Position numbers and translations under genes: made by a program
In this document: positions 1 through 10,423 of the stretch, piece by piece
Layout of the letters: each line of letters starts with the position of its first letter
How positions within the stretch are numbered: position 1 is the stretch's first letter
From: Azolla caroliniana
Taxonomy: Eukaryota; Plantae; Polypodiophyta
DNA length: 64,000 bases
Reading direction: 5' to 3'
Assembly: GCA_043228905.1 (NCBI GenBank)
Contig: JBHGNT010000001.1
Span: forward strand, 30,256,001 to 30,320,000
Notes under the pieces: model-generated
What the model was told of the DNA's origin: nothing
Seen by the model: the letters and a program-made list of their open reading frames with translations, nothing else
Databases searched by the model: none

Positions 1-190
1 TCAAATTTATAAAAACTTAAATCTTGGATACAATGGAATTTTTCCTAGCCAATCTTTCCGAAGACCCCCATAAAATCAAGACTCAAATTACCCTTACACA
101 AGACTGCATAGACCTAGAATTTCAAGTGGTTTGAATTAGATTTGACTAATGTGGCCTCACTACATGATAAGACTATTGTGATCAACACCA

Positions 191-387
191 CACTTTCCTT
201 GGTGGCATTTGCTAACTGAAGGTATAGATAGATTGTGATTAAGCATGTTTTATGGGCACTTTCCTTGGTGGCATTTGCTAACTGAAGGCATAGATAGATT
301 GTGATTAAGCATGTTTTATGGGCACTTTCCTTGGTGGCATTTGCTAACTGAAAGTATAGATAGATTGTGATTAAGCATGTTTTATGG
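191..387. repeat. 66-bp tandem repeat, 3 near-identical copies, downstream of the acyltransferase
   Basis: Unit cactttccttggtggcatttgctaactgaag...aagcatgttttatgg starts at 191, 257 and 323. It explains the repetitive ORF 114..410. Confidence 0.95.
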
Positions 388-731
388 CATCTACAAGCAA
401 AATAACACACAACTACATTTCTATCGATTCCTATTTGACATTGTTGTCTCTTACGACTTACCTAATTTTAACCCCCATGGTTTTCACAACATCACTCACA
501 AAATTAAAACCACCACCTCCAAATAAAGAAACATCATACTAGATAGATAACGTGTACCATGCCTAACGAAATGTTTCGCGTTTCATATGGAAGACAAGAA
601 CTCTTAAAAGCAATACCGCTGACAATAAAGATAAGGGAGCAAAATACTAAATGTACAACACTTTGGAGGAGTATCCAATTACATGTAGTATGACGCATAC
701 GGCGTTCAACAACGTTTGTGTTCAACTCTTC

Positions 732-3700
732 CTAATCTTTCAAAGACTCATATTCTGCAAGAAAAAACAGAGGATTCATTTCCAAAGTCTCATGGAGTTT
801 TTATAAAGCAGAACTGATGTTGTTGAACCTTTACCATTTAAGAAGGTGTGATATATCCGCTTTTCTTTTAAACCAATTTCCGAGAGAAACAAACCACCCT
901 GCAGAAAAAGTTCATCATGAGTTACAACATTGTAAACTTTCATCCTCTATTTAAAGTAGTAAAGATGATTTTTCACCTCAAAAGCCATCTGCTTTCGCAC
1001 ATTGCTAGCATACAACTTCGGATCAGCCTTCTCCTCCTCAGATGGAACATATACAGGAAGCCACAGGATTTCTAACCAATTTACGAATTGACAAAGCAGT
1101 AGAATAACATGTCTAATCTGGAAAATTTGAGCATATAAGATAGATGGGATGAACAATATCATCCAATGTAGCCTTGCAAAGGTAATCTTATGTGACACTA
1201 ATAAAAGCCTAAGCTGGACGCCCAAACAAGGGTAGGCATTGTAGTATGTAAAGCCATGAGAAACTTATTTCACGACTGAATATAACAAATGAAGATCCCC
1301 TGACTGTGAGAATTGCTGAAACAAATTATGTGAGAATGCACAAATGATTTACGTTACAAGTTGTTTAGTTCCCCCAATAGCCAAGATACTATTGATTCCT
1401 CTACCTTCCACAATGAAATCCAATTAAATCAGGAAAAAATCCCATATGATGGGTATTTGTACCAAGCGATTCACTACTCTTTCCTAGTAAAGTTATTCGG
1501 ATTCATAGATTTAAACAGTCTCGGTTGTGGTTCATGCAACGTGTGCATGGCAAGTATGAACATGGTCTTAGTAAGAGTGGGGAAGATGCATATTTACTTG
1601 GTTGCATTAGAGGTGATTTGTGTTACAATGTGTTTAGTTCCCCAAATAGCTACTATACTATTGAGTCCTATAACTTTCATAATGAAAAAAAATCAATTGA
1701 GTCAGGCAAAAATCCATATTTTCCCCATATGATTGGTATATGTACCAACCAGTTCACCCTGCCTTCCAAGTACTGCTATTCTGATCCATAGATCTAAAAG
1801 GTCTCAGTAGTAGGTCCATGCACCTAAAGCATAGCAAGCATGAACATGATCTTAGTAGGCGTGGATGAAAAGCATATAGAAGTTTACAAATTTTCATCAG
1901 TCTCTCTTAAGTTGTACATAAGATCTATAAGGCAGTCCATAAGATTCTAGTATATAGGGAAAATCTCCAAAACACCCATAGCTCATGAGCAATTACAAAG
2001 TTAATAAAACTGTTGTAGTCTACCCAACAGTAGAGAAATTATATGGCTAATACCCTATTTATTTCCCCAAGTGTTGCGGTCACCTCAGTCTTGAGAAATT
2101 ATATGGTGAGTTCATACCCATTTCCTTTGATTCAGAGGTCGATGACGGGTATTTGAACAAATAGCAAAAATTTAGTTATTTCAAAAACTTTACTGGAGTT
2201 TATGTATTATACAACAAACCACTCACCCCAATTGAAAATTACAGACAGAACTTACACCAGAAATGGAATCCCAGGCAGCACTAAATCGTGTGTACGGATA
2301 TTTCAAAATAACTGGTTGAATTGGGACGCCTGCAAGAAAGGCTCCTGTCTTAAAAGGAAGGAGATAGAATCCATTTGTTGTTGTTCCTTCTAAATTATAA
2401 AAAAAAGTCAAGACTTTAAAACATACCAAACCAGAAAGAACAACTTTCAACATTAGGAAATAATTGAAATAGTGAAGATTACCAGGAAAGAGCATCATTA
2501 ATGGCACATTCTTCTCACTGACAGCATCTTGCAACCTCTTAGTAATTATGCCTGAAGGGAACAAACAGAAAGTTGGGTTATTATAAATGCTAATGATCAT
2601 GCCATAGAACAATAGAGAATCAAAATATTATGCATAAATGCTTATCAACATGAAATGGTCTAACCCAATACCCCATTAACTAACCTGGAAGTAGTATCTC
2701 GGATTTACCTAGAACAATCCCTTAATGTGTTATCCCAACATTGGTGGGAAAATTGATACACCTCTACTTTCTGAATGTTTCTAATCTTACATGCATGTTT
2801 TCACTAGAAACATAATTCACTGCTAAAGAAAGTGATTGATTACGTGAATCTGCTGCTTGAGTGCTAAGCATTTTTCAGATGAGCTATGATAAAAAGTGAA
2901 GAATATTGTATTAGATTATGTTAAAAATTTCATACCTGCGGCACCTTTAAAATCTGAGGGTTTGTCTTCACGCCGAACAAAAACACATCCCAGACATTTG
3001 CTATAAAAACATAATCGACTATCAAGAACTATCTACTATCTAATTTCATAATTAACATTGAAGAGATACCTCCAAAGAGATGTGAACGTGGAACAAACCT
3101 AATTAAGCCAATAAGGGGCAACTTGGAGACTGATCTCTTTTTGTCACCAAACATGTGCAGTGTCACCATGCCAATCACCAAATCCATATTAGTTCCCTCT
3201 ATAGCAATACATATGAGCTCTCCCCAAATACTCTCAATTTATTCAAGTTCAGACCTGGAATATACTAAACACTTCATTATACCTTTGCAACAAAGCTTGG
3301 AAATGAGGCTGACATGTGATAAAGAATATCAATGTACGAGGCATGATTGGAAACAATGGCACCAGGTTGTATCTTGTCTGGAATCTCTCCATCCTGTTCA
3401 TTACAAAGTGTGTCAGAAGTATTTCTGTGTTATATCACTGCCATTAAGGAGGTAAAAGATGAAGAAACAATGTGAAGACATGGAAAATATAGGACACAGA
3501 CTGGCACTAATTCCTAGATGTGTGGTCACATCTCGACAAGGGCTATGTTGCATGTGAGTTGAATTAAACTGCGATGATGACAAGAAGCTGAAATTCAAAA
3601 ATAAATCATTACAGATTGTGACTGAGATCAGACAATACATTTATTTAATTATATGGAAAATAAAAATGATCAAATAATTATTGAAATAGAACAATTTGGA

Positions 3701-5432
3701 TCAGTGCTATTGGTTTCCAATATTCAAATACCTACAGAGGCAAGAAAGCTTTGAGCTCCTGAAGAAAGCTTACAAGAACTGATGTCTTTTGAGATGAAGA
3801 ACCACGACATTAGGTCTATGTCAGATGTCGAAAGTGTATGCTTCCAGTCCAATGCCCCGAAATAAACTCCATCTTGAGGTTAGAGATTTACGAGAATGAG
3901 CATGCAGTATAAGTACCATGTGATTCGCTGACTATACTCTTCAACTATAAATGACAGCGATGAAATTCCGGGGTAAGGGAATTACAACTTCACGCAGGTT
4001 ATGGGGGAACAATTTGGAACAGAATCAAGAATAGATATTGGGTTTTGTAAGTGATGAAATTCTGGGGTGAGGGTATTACACCTTCCCCCAGGTTATGAGG
4101 GAACAATTTGGAACAGAATCAAGAAATAGATATTGGGTCTTGTAGGTGTATGGAAAAAAGAGCTCAAGTCAAACTATAGTGATGCTTGAACAATTATTCA
4201 TCATTGTCAGGAAATTAGGTACAAAATAGCAAAATAGCAATGCCATGAAGTAAGAAAAACTAATGTCAACACATTACAAAATGTATTTCTCCAAGAGAAA
4301 ATATTGCAACTGCTAACTCAGTGTACAATCCTCTTCTTAATGAATGTGCAAAGTAAGTATGCCAATGGGAGATGTTACTCTGAACAAGACCTAATTTTCT
4401 GGCAAAGAATATTCACAGCATGATGATGTAACTTTCAGCAAATTGAATCATAACTTTTCCGCCACATAATGGAGTTGGTCTTCATGCAGCCTTCCTCAAC
4501 TAGATCTTCATGACCATAAGATTCATGAAATGTCCCATACAAAGAAGTACAGATACGAGGTGGGTCTTCGTGTAGTCTTCATTTGCATGTATTCATATAA
4601 CCATAAGATTTGTGCATGTCCAATAAATAAGAGTGTTTGTTTCTATTAGTCTTTCTACCCTAGTCTTCTTTTGGTCTTCTTTAGAATCTATGGAGTGTCC
4701 CAATACAAATAGGAAGAGTATTAAGATTCATGGAATGTCCCAATACAAATAGGAAAAGTTGGACTTTATGTAGTCTTCTTGGGCATCTATCAGCATAACC
4801 ATGAGATATGTTGCAAGGCCTGCAAATATAAGAGTTAGTCTCTAATCTTCCTTCAGACTTCATTAGTCGATTCTTTTGTTTCTAGTTGGCCATAACACAT
4901 GGTAGTCACTGAATCAACAGAAATAAGACCCACTTGTCACGGTTCGCGCACAGAACATCTCAAGTTCTTCCTAGAGAACAATTTATTACTGTCTCAGTTA
5001 TAGACAACTTTCCTTGTCATGGTCCAAGCAGGTGGCACCTGCAACATTTTGTCCTGAAATGCTTTTTTAGCAGTTTTCTGGAGTCTTGTTCAAATGCAGT
5101 ATCCGCATCTTGCCATAGTGATCAAGCTTGCCCAATTTTATTTTGTCAATTAATTTCTGATTCTCAGGCAACTGGAGAACCATATACGACTTGCTGATTG
5201 TCCCAGTGTCCTATAAAGATAAATTTTGGTCTCTAATCTTCTTTCATTATTGGTCTCCACAATGCAAGCCAGAAATTACACATTGTTGCTTTAATGCCCC
5301 GTTGTGTTGGTGCATGAGCTCCATCTTACACACAAAAAGTGAATATCTTCTTACCCCAAAACACCATACCAACAATCACTATCATGTTTTGTAAACTTTC
5401 TTAATGTGTGCGAATTTCAGCATCATGCAGAC

Positions 5433-5490
<58 letters not shown>

Positions 5491-6566
5491 CATTGTATCT
5501 CTCTCTCTATATATTTTCTCTCTCCCTCTCTGTCTCTCTCTATATATATACAATTATAAATTTTCTTAACGTACGAATTTCAGCATCATGCAGACATATT
5601 GTATATATATACATTGTATCTCTCTCTATATATTTTCTCTCTCCCTCTCTCTCTCTCTCTCCTAAGTTGAAAATATTTTAACAGTGAACACTTTCTAAAC
5701 ATGCAGAAACATATTCAACAAAAAAGCTCAGTCGTAACATATTTCAACAAGGGAAACCTTTCAAGCAAAAACATTATTATTAAATTAAAAAATGAAGCCT
5801 TTTCACATCTTCAAATTTCCATCCACTTGCTGTCGGAAGATTTTACAATTCTTACCTTCAATTGTTCGGACTGCTTGGTGTCCATTCGAATAATAGTGAT
5901 CCAGTAGAAACCTAACACAAAAAGGATAGCCCTCGAAAAAAAACGCCCTGTGTACACAATGATTCTCCGACATATGCCAGTCAAATGAGCATAATTCTCT
6001 TGGCTTTTGGCTACAACCATTGGATCTGAAATCTCCTCCTCACCCTCCCCATTTCCACTCAACTCACTCTCTGTCCTAAGTAAAGGAATCACACCAGAGT
6101 TACCATCATCATCATCGATGCCAACACCATTCTGAACTGGAGTTCGAAACATGGTACAACATCTGCAGATGATGTAGTATGTAACCACAATCATGAAGAG
6201 TAAGACTATCTTAACTGGTACCAATATTAGAAGAGCGAAAACCAACTTTAGTTTCTCACATAAGGAAATTTCTCCCTTCCCCATCGTCCCATATGTATCA
6301 TGACGTACATAGGGAACATGTTTTATATCCATTTCGTAGATCGTCTCTTCCATTTGCTTTGGAGGTGGTTCGCTACCCTCCTCTATTTCCCCTCTTAACA
6401 CTGGAACTACATCGCCTACCAAACTTCCTTTAGGATCATCGCTACCGTGGCCATTTCCTTCTGTTGATGTCATATCTGACCCTTCCAACGGCAATACAAC
6501 AGGATTATTCATCTTACCCACAGGACCTTCTCTTCCCTCGTGAAGAGCTTTGGACTCTTCATGCAT
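732..6566 (-). CDS. LPEAT1: Lysophospholipid acyltransferase, LPEAT1-like (PlsC family), 9 coding exons
   Basis: Exons with GT-AG borders: 6566-5856, 3393-3283, 3136-3099, 3000-2936, 2551-2483, 2389-2256, 1117-977, 898-835, 754-732. The spliced frame gives GAIVSNHASYIDILYH (HX4D catalytic motif), SFVAKRSVSKLPLIGLISKCLGCVFVRRE, LFPEGTTTNG, FKTGAFLAGVPIQPVIL, and ends EYESLKD*. An N-terminal transmembrane segment is present. A probable 5'UTR intron runs from ~7507 to ~6641. Confidence 0.92.
1346..1880. repeat. Degenerate ~270-bp tandem duplication in an LPEAT intron
   Basis: gattt..gttacaa..tgtttagttccc.aatagc...gcaag.atgaacatg.tcttagta occurs at ~1346-1590 and ~1615-1875. Confidence 0.75.
5456..5660. 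repeat. (CT)n/(TA)n microsatellite block, locally duplicated
   Basis: cgaatttcagcatcatgcagacat followed by CT/TA runs appears twice (5411, 5574). Confidence 0.8.
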
Positions 6567-7597
6567 TGAGTCAAAATGATCACTTCAACAACTTCTTAAC
6601 TTTGACCATTAACTACTTCAAAGTGAGATCTTCTTCCTGACTGCAAGAAAGCAAGTCATTCTTTTGTAATTAAAATGTTTCATATGAAAAACAACATCTA
6701 AGAAAGGTAGAGCCAAATTTGATACCGAATTCTTATCAGGTTTTTTCTTTGCTAGGTTGAAGGGCATAGAAATTGCTGCTTTCTAGGATATCAGCAGGAA
6801 TTTCCTCAGTGATGTCTCTAACGAAGGAGAAATACTATCTTTCCCAATATTTCCAGCAGAGACAACTACAAGCATAAGCAAAATAAGGTGAAAAAAAGAT
6901 CTCAATAGTATTCCCATATTTACTCAGTATTCTCTAAACAGATTTGCATACCTTCAGGCTTGCTGGAGCTGAAACTGTTTCTAAGCTGGTTCTAAGCTGG
7001 TTCTAGAGAGGAAGAGACCCTAAGGTTTTCAGGCACTCTCATCAGATGACTAAAAGCATGGAAAAGGCCGTATTTTGTCAATCAGATTTGCACAACTTGT
7101 GGCGAGAAGTGACTGTGCCCAAGAGAGGAAGAAAAATAAGGTTTTGTCGACATGTCCAATCAGATGACTATAAAAACATGAGAAACATATGATTGAGAAA
7201 ACTGCATACCGATCGGATTGATATACCTTGCCACGAGAAGAGAGAAAAGTGTGTTCCTAGGTCTACTATAGAGCAGAAGAAACCAAGCCTAGGGTGTCAC
7301 ACATGTCTACGGGGCTAGACTAACCTAAGCATAGACAGTACAAAAATGAAGAAATAACTGTTTCATCAACCTGATATTTGTGCAACACGCACATCAAACC
7401 AAGAACACAATGCTATTGCAGAAACATTATCCATCTGTTTCCAAGTGAGGAGACTAAGAAAAAGATCATAAGAGACGTTAATCAAGCTGAAATTGGAATT
7501 TAGCATACCTGTGGTGTGGAAGTCGAAACCGTTTTAGCAATCGGATGACTTTCTCGAGCCAAGAAGCCGCAGAACAGAACAGGAGAGAAGTCTGTTG

Positions 7598-7813
7598 CGA
7601 AGAAGAAGAAGAAGAAGAAGAAGAGGAAGAAAGGGATGAGCAGGAATGTGGAGGGAGGAAGGTGGTTTTGCATGCCGAGGGAAGTGGGCAACACGTTTTT
7701 GTTATTCTTCTTCTTCTTCTTCTTCTTCTTCTCTTTGTTTGGGTAAAAAAAAAAGACACGCAATTCTGTATTATCAATTGCTTGCATGTAAAGAAACCCA
7801 CTCTTTCTTCTTG

Positions 7814-7845
<32 letters not shown>

Positions 7846-8070
7846 CTAACTTCTAAAGCCTTCTCTACCTTATTATGTAACTTGTTAGGCTTCTCCTGCC
7901 CATGTATCATGCATGCATGCATGCTGATGCATGTTGATGTACATATGTATGTATGTATGTTTGTATGCATGCTTGCATGTAGCGAGGAACACCCTCCCCA
8001 TGTATCATGCATGCACATCATCTGTATGTATGTATGTTTGTATGCATGCTTGCATGTAGAGAGGGACACC
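7598..8070. repeat. (GAA)n, (CTT)n, (CATA)n microsatellites and a CATG-rich ~78-bp duplication in the LPEAT 5' region
   Basis: Directly visible low-complexity runs, which produce the spurious ORFs 7478-8196. Confidence 0.85.
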
Positions 8071-8099
8071 CTCCTGTATGTAAGGACATTAGAGAACGT

Positions 8100-9320
8100 G
8101 AATATTATGCATTCGACGAACTTATCCCACGTGAGAAGGAATGCCTTTCAAATTCTTAACATAGGCCTCTCACCACATGCTTGCCATCGAACATAAAAGA
8201 ATTCTACATATTCCAAACATGTTCCAACCCTCCAATATCGTAAAAAAAAAGTTAGAAACGAGTTCTCTAGCTCATCATTTGGACCGTTTTGAACATACTG
8301 AGCAAGAACACATTGTTGAGGCTTAGAATAACAACGAGATAACACTTGTGAAATCTCTGATAAGTACTTCCAACTGACATGAGCTATATAATATTTAATG
8401 AACCTATGTATATTGCCTTCCAATGGAATGGTACAAAAGAAACATGGACCTGACTCCAATCCTCATTTGCTTAAGGTTTGACCTAGTGGGAACCCACCAA
8501 TCATGACTCTGTATGAATACCTTTGCTACGAAATGGCAAATGGGAATGTTTGCCACGTTGCAATATTTGTCACAACCTTGCAATTTACTTAGATACAATC
8601 CACACATTTTCTACTTTAGGTGATATTCTAAGACCATGATGCCACTGCATGATGATGAGATATATTTGTCGTGAGATTATGTATCAAACGCATACCATCC
8701 TTTAACCATCAATCCACCGAAGGAGCATCATTTGCTTTCATTGGCAAAGATTCATGCAACAATGGTATATCTCTCGAATAAATCCATAAATCAAGGGGAT
8801 ACATAACCATAGTTTAGGCTCTTCAAAATTTAACAACATTTGAGTTTCAATATCAACTCCATCCCCCAATTCTACAACTCCCAATCAAAACAAACGATTG
8901 AATGGAGATCACAACTTCTCTTTTCCATACCAATGCAACAATCAAGAAGAAACGAGCATTTCATTTCGAGATGAATTGCAAAGCTCTTTGCCCACTCAAA
9001 AAAGATAAGGCATCTTGCCAAGACCTAACCAATTGTTGGGCACATACAAAATGTTTTAACTTAAGGGGAATGCATCCATTGAGTAGTGGGCACCACAATG
9101 CATGGATCTTGGTTTTTTCCATGCCCCAATCCTTCGTACTCCATCCAATATTGCATCATATATATCTATTATGTGTTTGTATGTATATGTGTCTAAAGGC
9201 TTTCAAACATTTGTTATTGTATCTTGCTATCAACCTTAAGCACAACTTTACAATGATATCGTATTCAAATCAAACTTCTTTTTGAAATAATGTCCTCTTT
9301 GCTTGGGAAAAATGAGATGA
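8100..9320 (-). mobile_element. Degenerate LINE (L1-like) ORF2 3' remnant
   Basis: Minus-strand pieces VPTRSNL..., CFFC..LEGNIH.F....AHVSWKYL resemble the zf-RVT region of plant LINEs, with a GLG-containing segment upstream. Many stops and frameshifts. Confidence 0.45.
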
Positions 9321-9556
9321 AGTGGAGTAGGTCCTCTATATGCAACCACCCCAAACAGAAGAAAATAAAAGCGGATGAGGACTTATATCTCTGTTCGATA
9401 ACACACACTCAAATGTGTGTACGCAACACAATAAAACAACGCAAAGGCATTATCTAAGGATTGGAGGAGGGTTTGGTGAGTGTGAATCATTTGACCCAGA
9501 AAGATAGTTGATGCGAAAAGAAAAGCTGCAAAGAAGAGGCCATGTGTGAAGCACAA

Positions 9557-9895
9557 GAGGTAGATAGATATGTATTGAACGTCCAAGGGAGACCGATCAT
9601 GATTTATGAGATATATGGTTGGGGCGGAGCTGCCCATGGAAAGGATCCAATCTCTTGATGACTTTTGAGAGGTAGATAGATATGTATTGGACGTCATGGG
9701 GAGACCAATGACAACCTATGAGACATGGCTAGGGCGTAGTTGGCCATTGAAAGGATCCGATCTCTTTTTATGACTTCTGAGAGGTAGATAGGTATGTACT
9801 GAACGTCCAGGGGAGATTGACCAATCACGATCTATGAGACATGGCTCGGGCGTAGTTGACCATTGAAAGGATCCAATCTCTTTATGACTTTTGAT
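9557..9895. repeat. ~112-bp tandem repeat, 3 copies
   Basis: gaggtagatag.tatgta.tg.acgtc...gaaaggatcc.atctctt.atgactt units start at 9557, 9669 and 9781, followed by (GA)n. Confidence 0.9.
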
Positions 9896-9928
9896 GGTAT
9901 GTATAATGAATGAAAGGCACTTCTGCAA

Positions 9929-9969
<41 letters not shown>

Positions 9970-9975
9970 CCAGAT

Positions 9976-10045
9976 GGATGTAGCTCAATTGGTAAGGTTG
10001 CCCAATGGAGACTAGGTGGTCATAGGTTCAACCCCTACATTCCAC
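9976..10045 (+). mobile_element. tRNA-derived SINE-like head or tRNA pseudogene
   Basis: A-box tagctcaattgg (9981) and B-box ggttcaacccc (10025) at tRNA spacing, with a residual acceptor stem ggatg/cattcc. The anticodon arm is degenerate. Confidence 0.6.
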
Positions 10046-10071
10046 AATGGCATCTAGTGAAATAGAGATAT

Positions 10072-10254
10072 ATATGAAGTATATAATAGAGAGGTGAGGA
10101 AATTGGGTTTCGAACCCAAGACACAATGCTTGTAGTGTTATTGACTTACCACTAGGGTAAGGTAATATGAAGTATATAATAGAGAGGTGAGGAAATTGGG
10201 TTTCGAACCCAAGGCATAGTGCTTGTAGTGTTATCAACTTACCACTAGGGTAAG
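10072..10254 (-). mobile_element. Two tandem ~93-bp copies of a tRNA-like (SINE head) unit
   Basis: Each copy reads ttaccctagtggtaag (A-box-like) ... gggttcgaaaccc (B-box) on the minus strand. Copies start at ~10072 and ~10165. Confidence 0.6.
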
Positions 10255-10423
10255 GCAACTACAAAGAGAGATACGAGAGTTTTTTTCATGGGTTTCGGCC
10301 AAACACGAGGAAGGGAGGTCTATTTTGGGAAATTTACGGAAATACCCCTCTGTGTATTCGTGTGACACAGTCTGAGTGAGAGCGGGGGAGAAACTGAAAG
10401 GTAGCAGAAGGAGAAGCAAAGCT

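Noticed and set aside
7478-8196. Overlapping ORFs with poly-E/S/R/K tracts
   Set aside because: Translations of GAA/CTT/CATA microsatellites in the LPEAT promoter and 5'UTR.
9557-9895. Hammerhead ribozyme/retrozyme or CRISPR-like array
   Set aside because: No CTGATGA...GAAA core with stems. Whole units are repeated without unique spacers, and the context is eukaryotic.
9976-10045. Functional tRNA gene
   Set aside because: The anticodon and T stems do not pair properly and no poly-T terminator follows. Treated as a tRNA-derived repeat.
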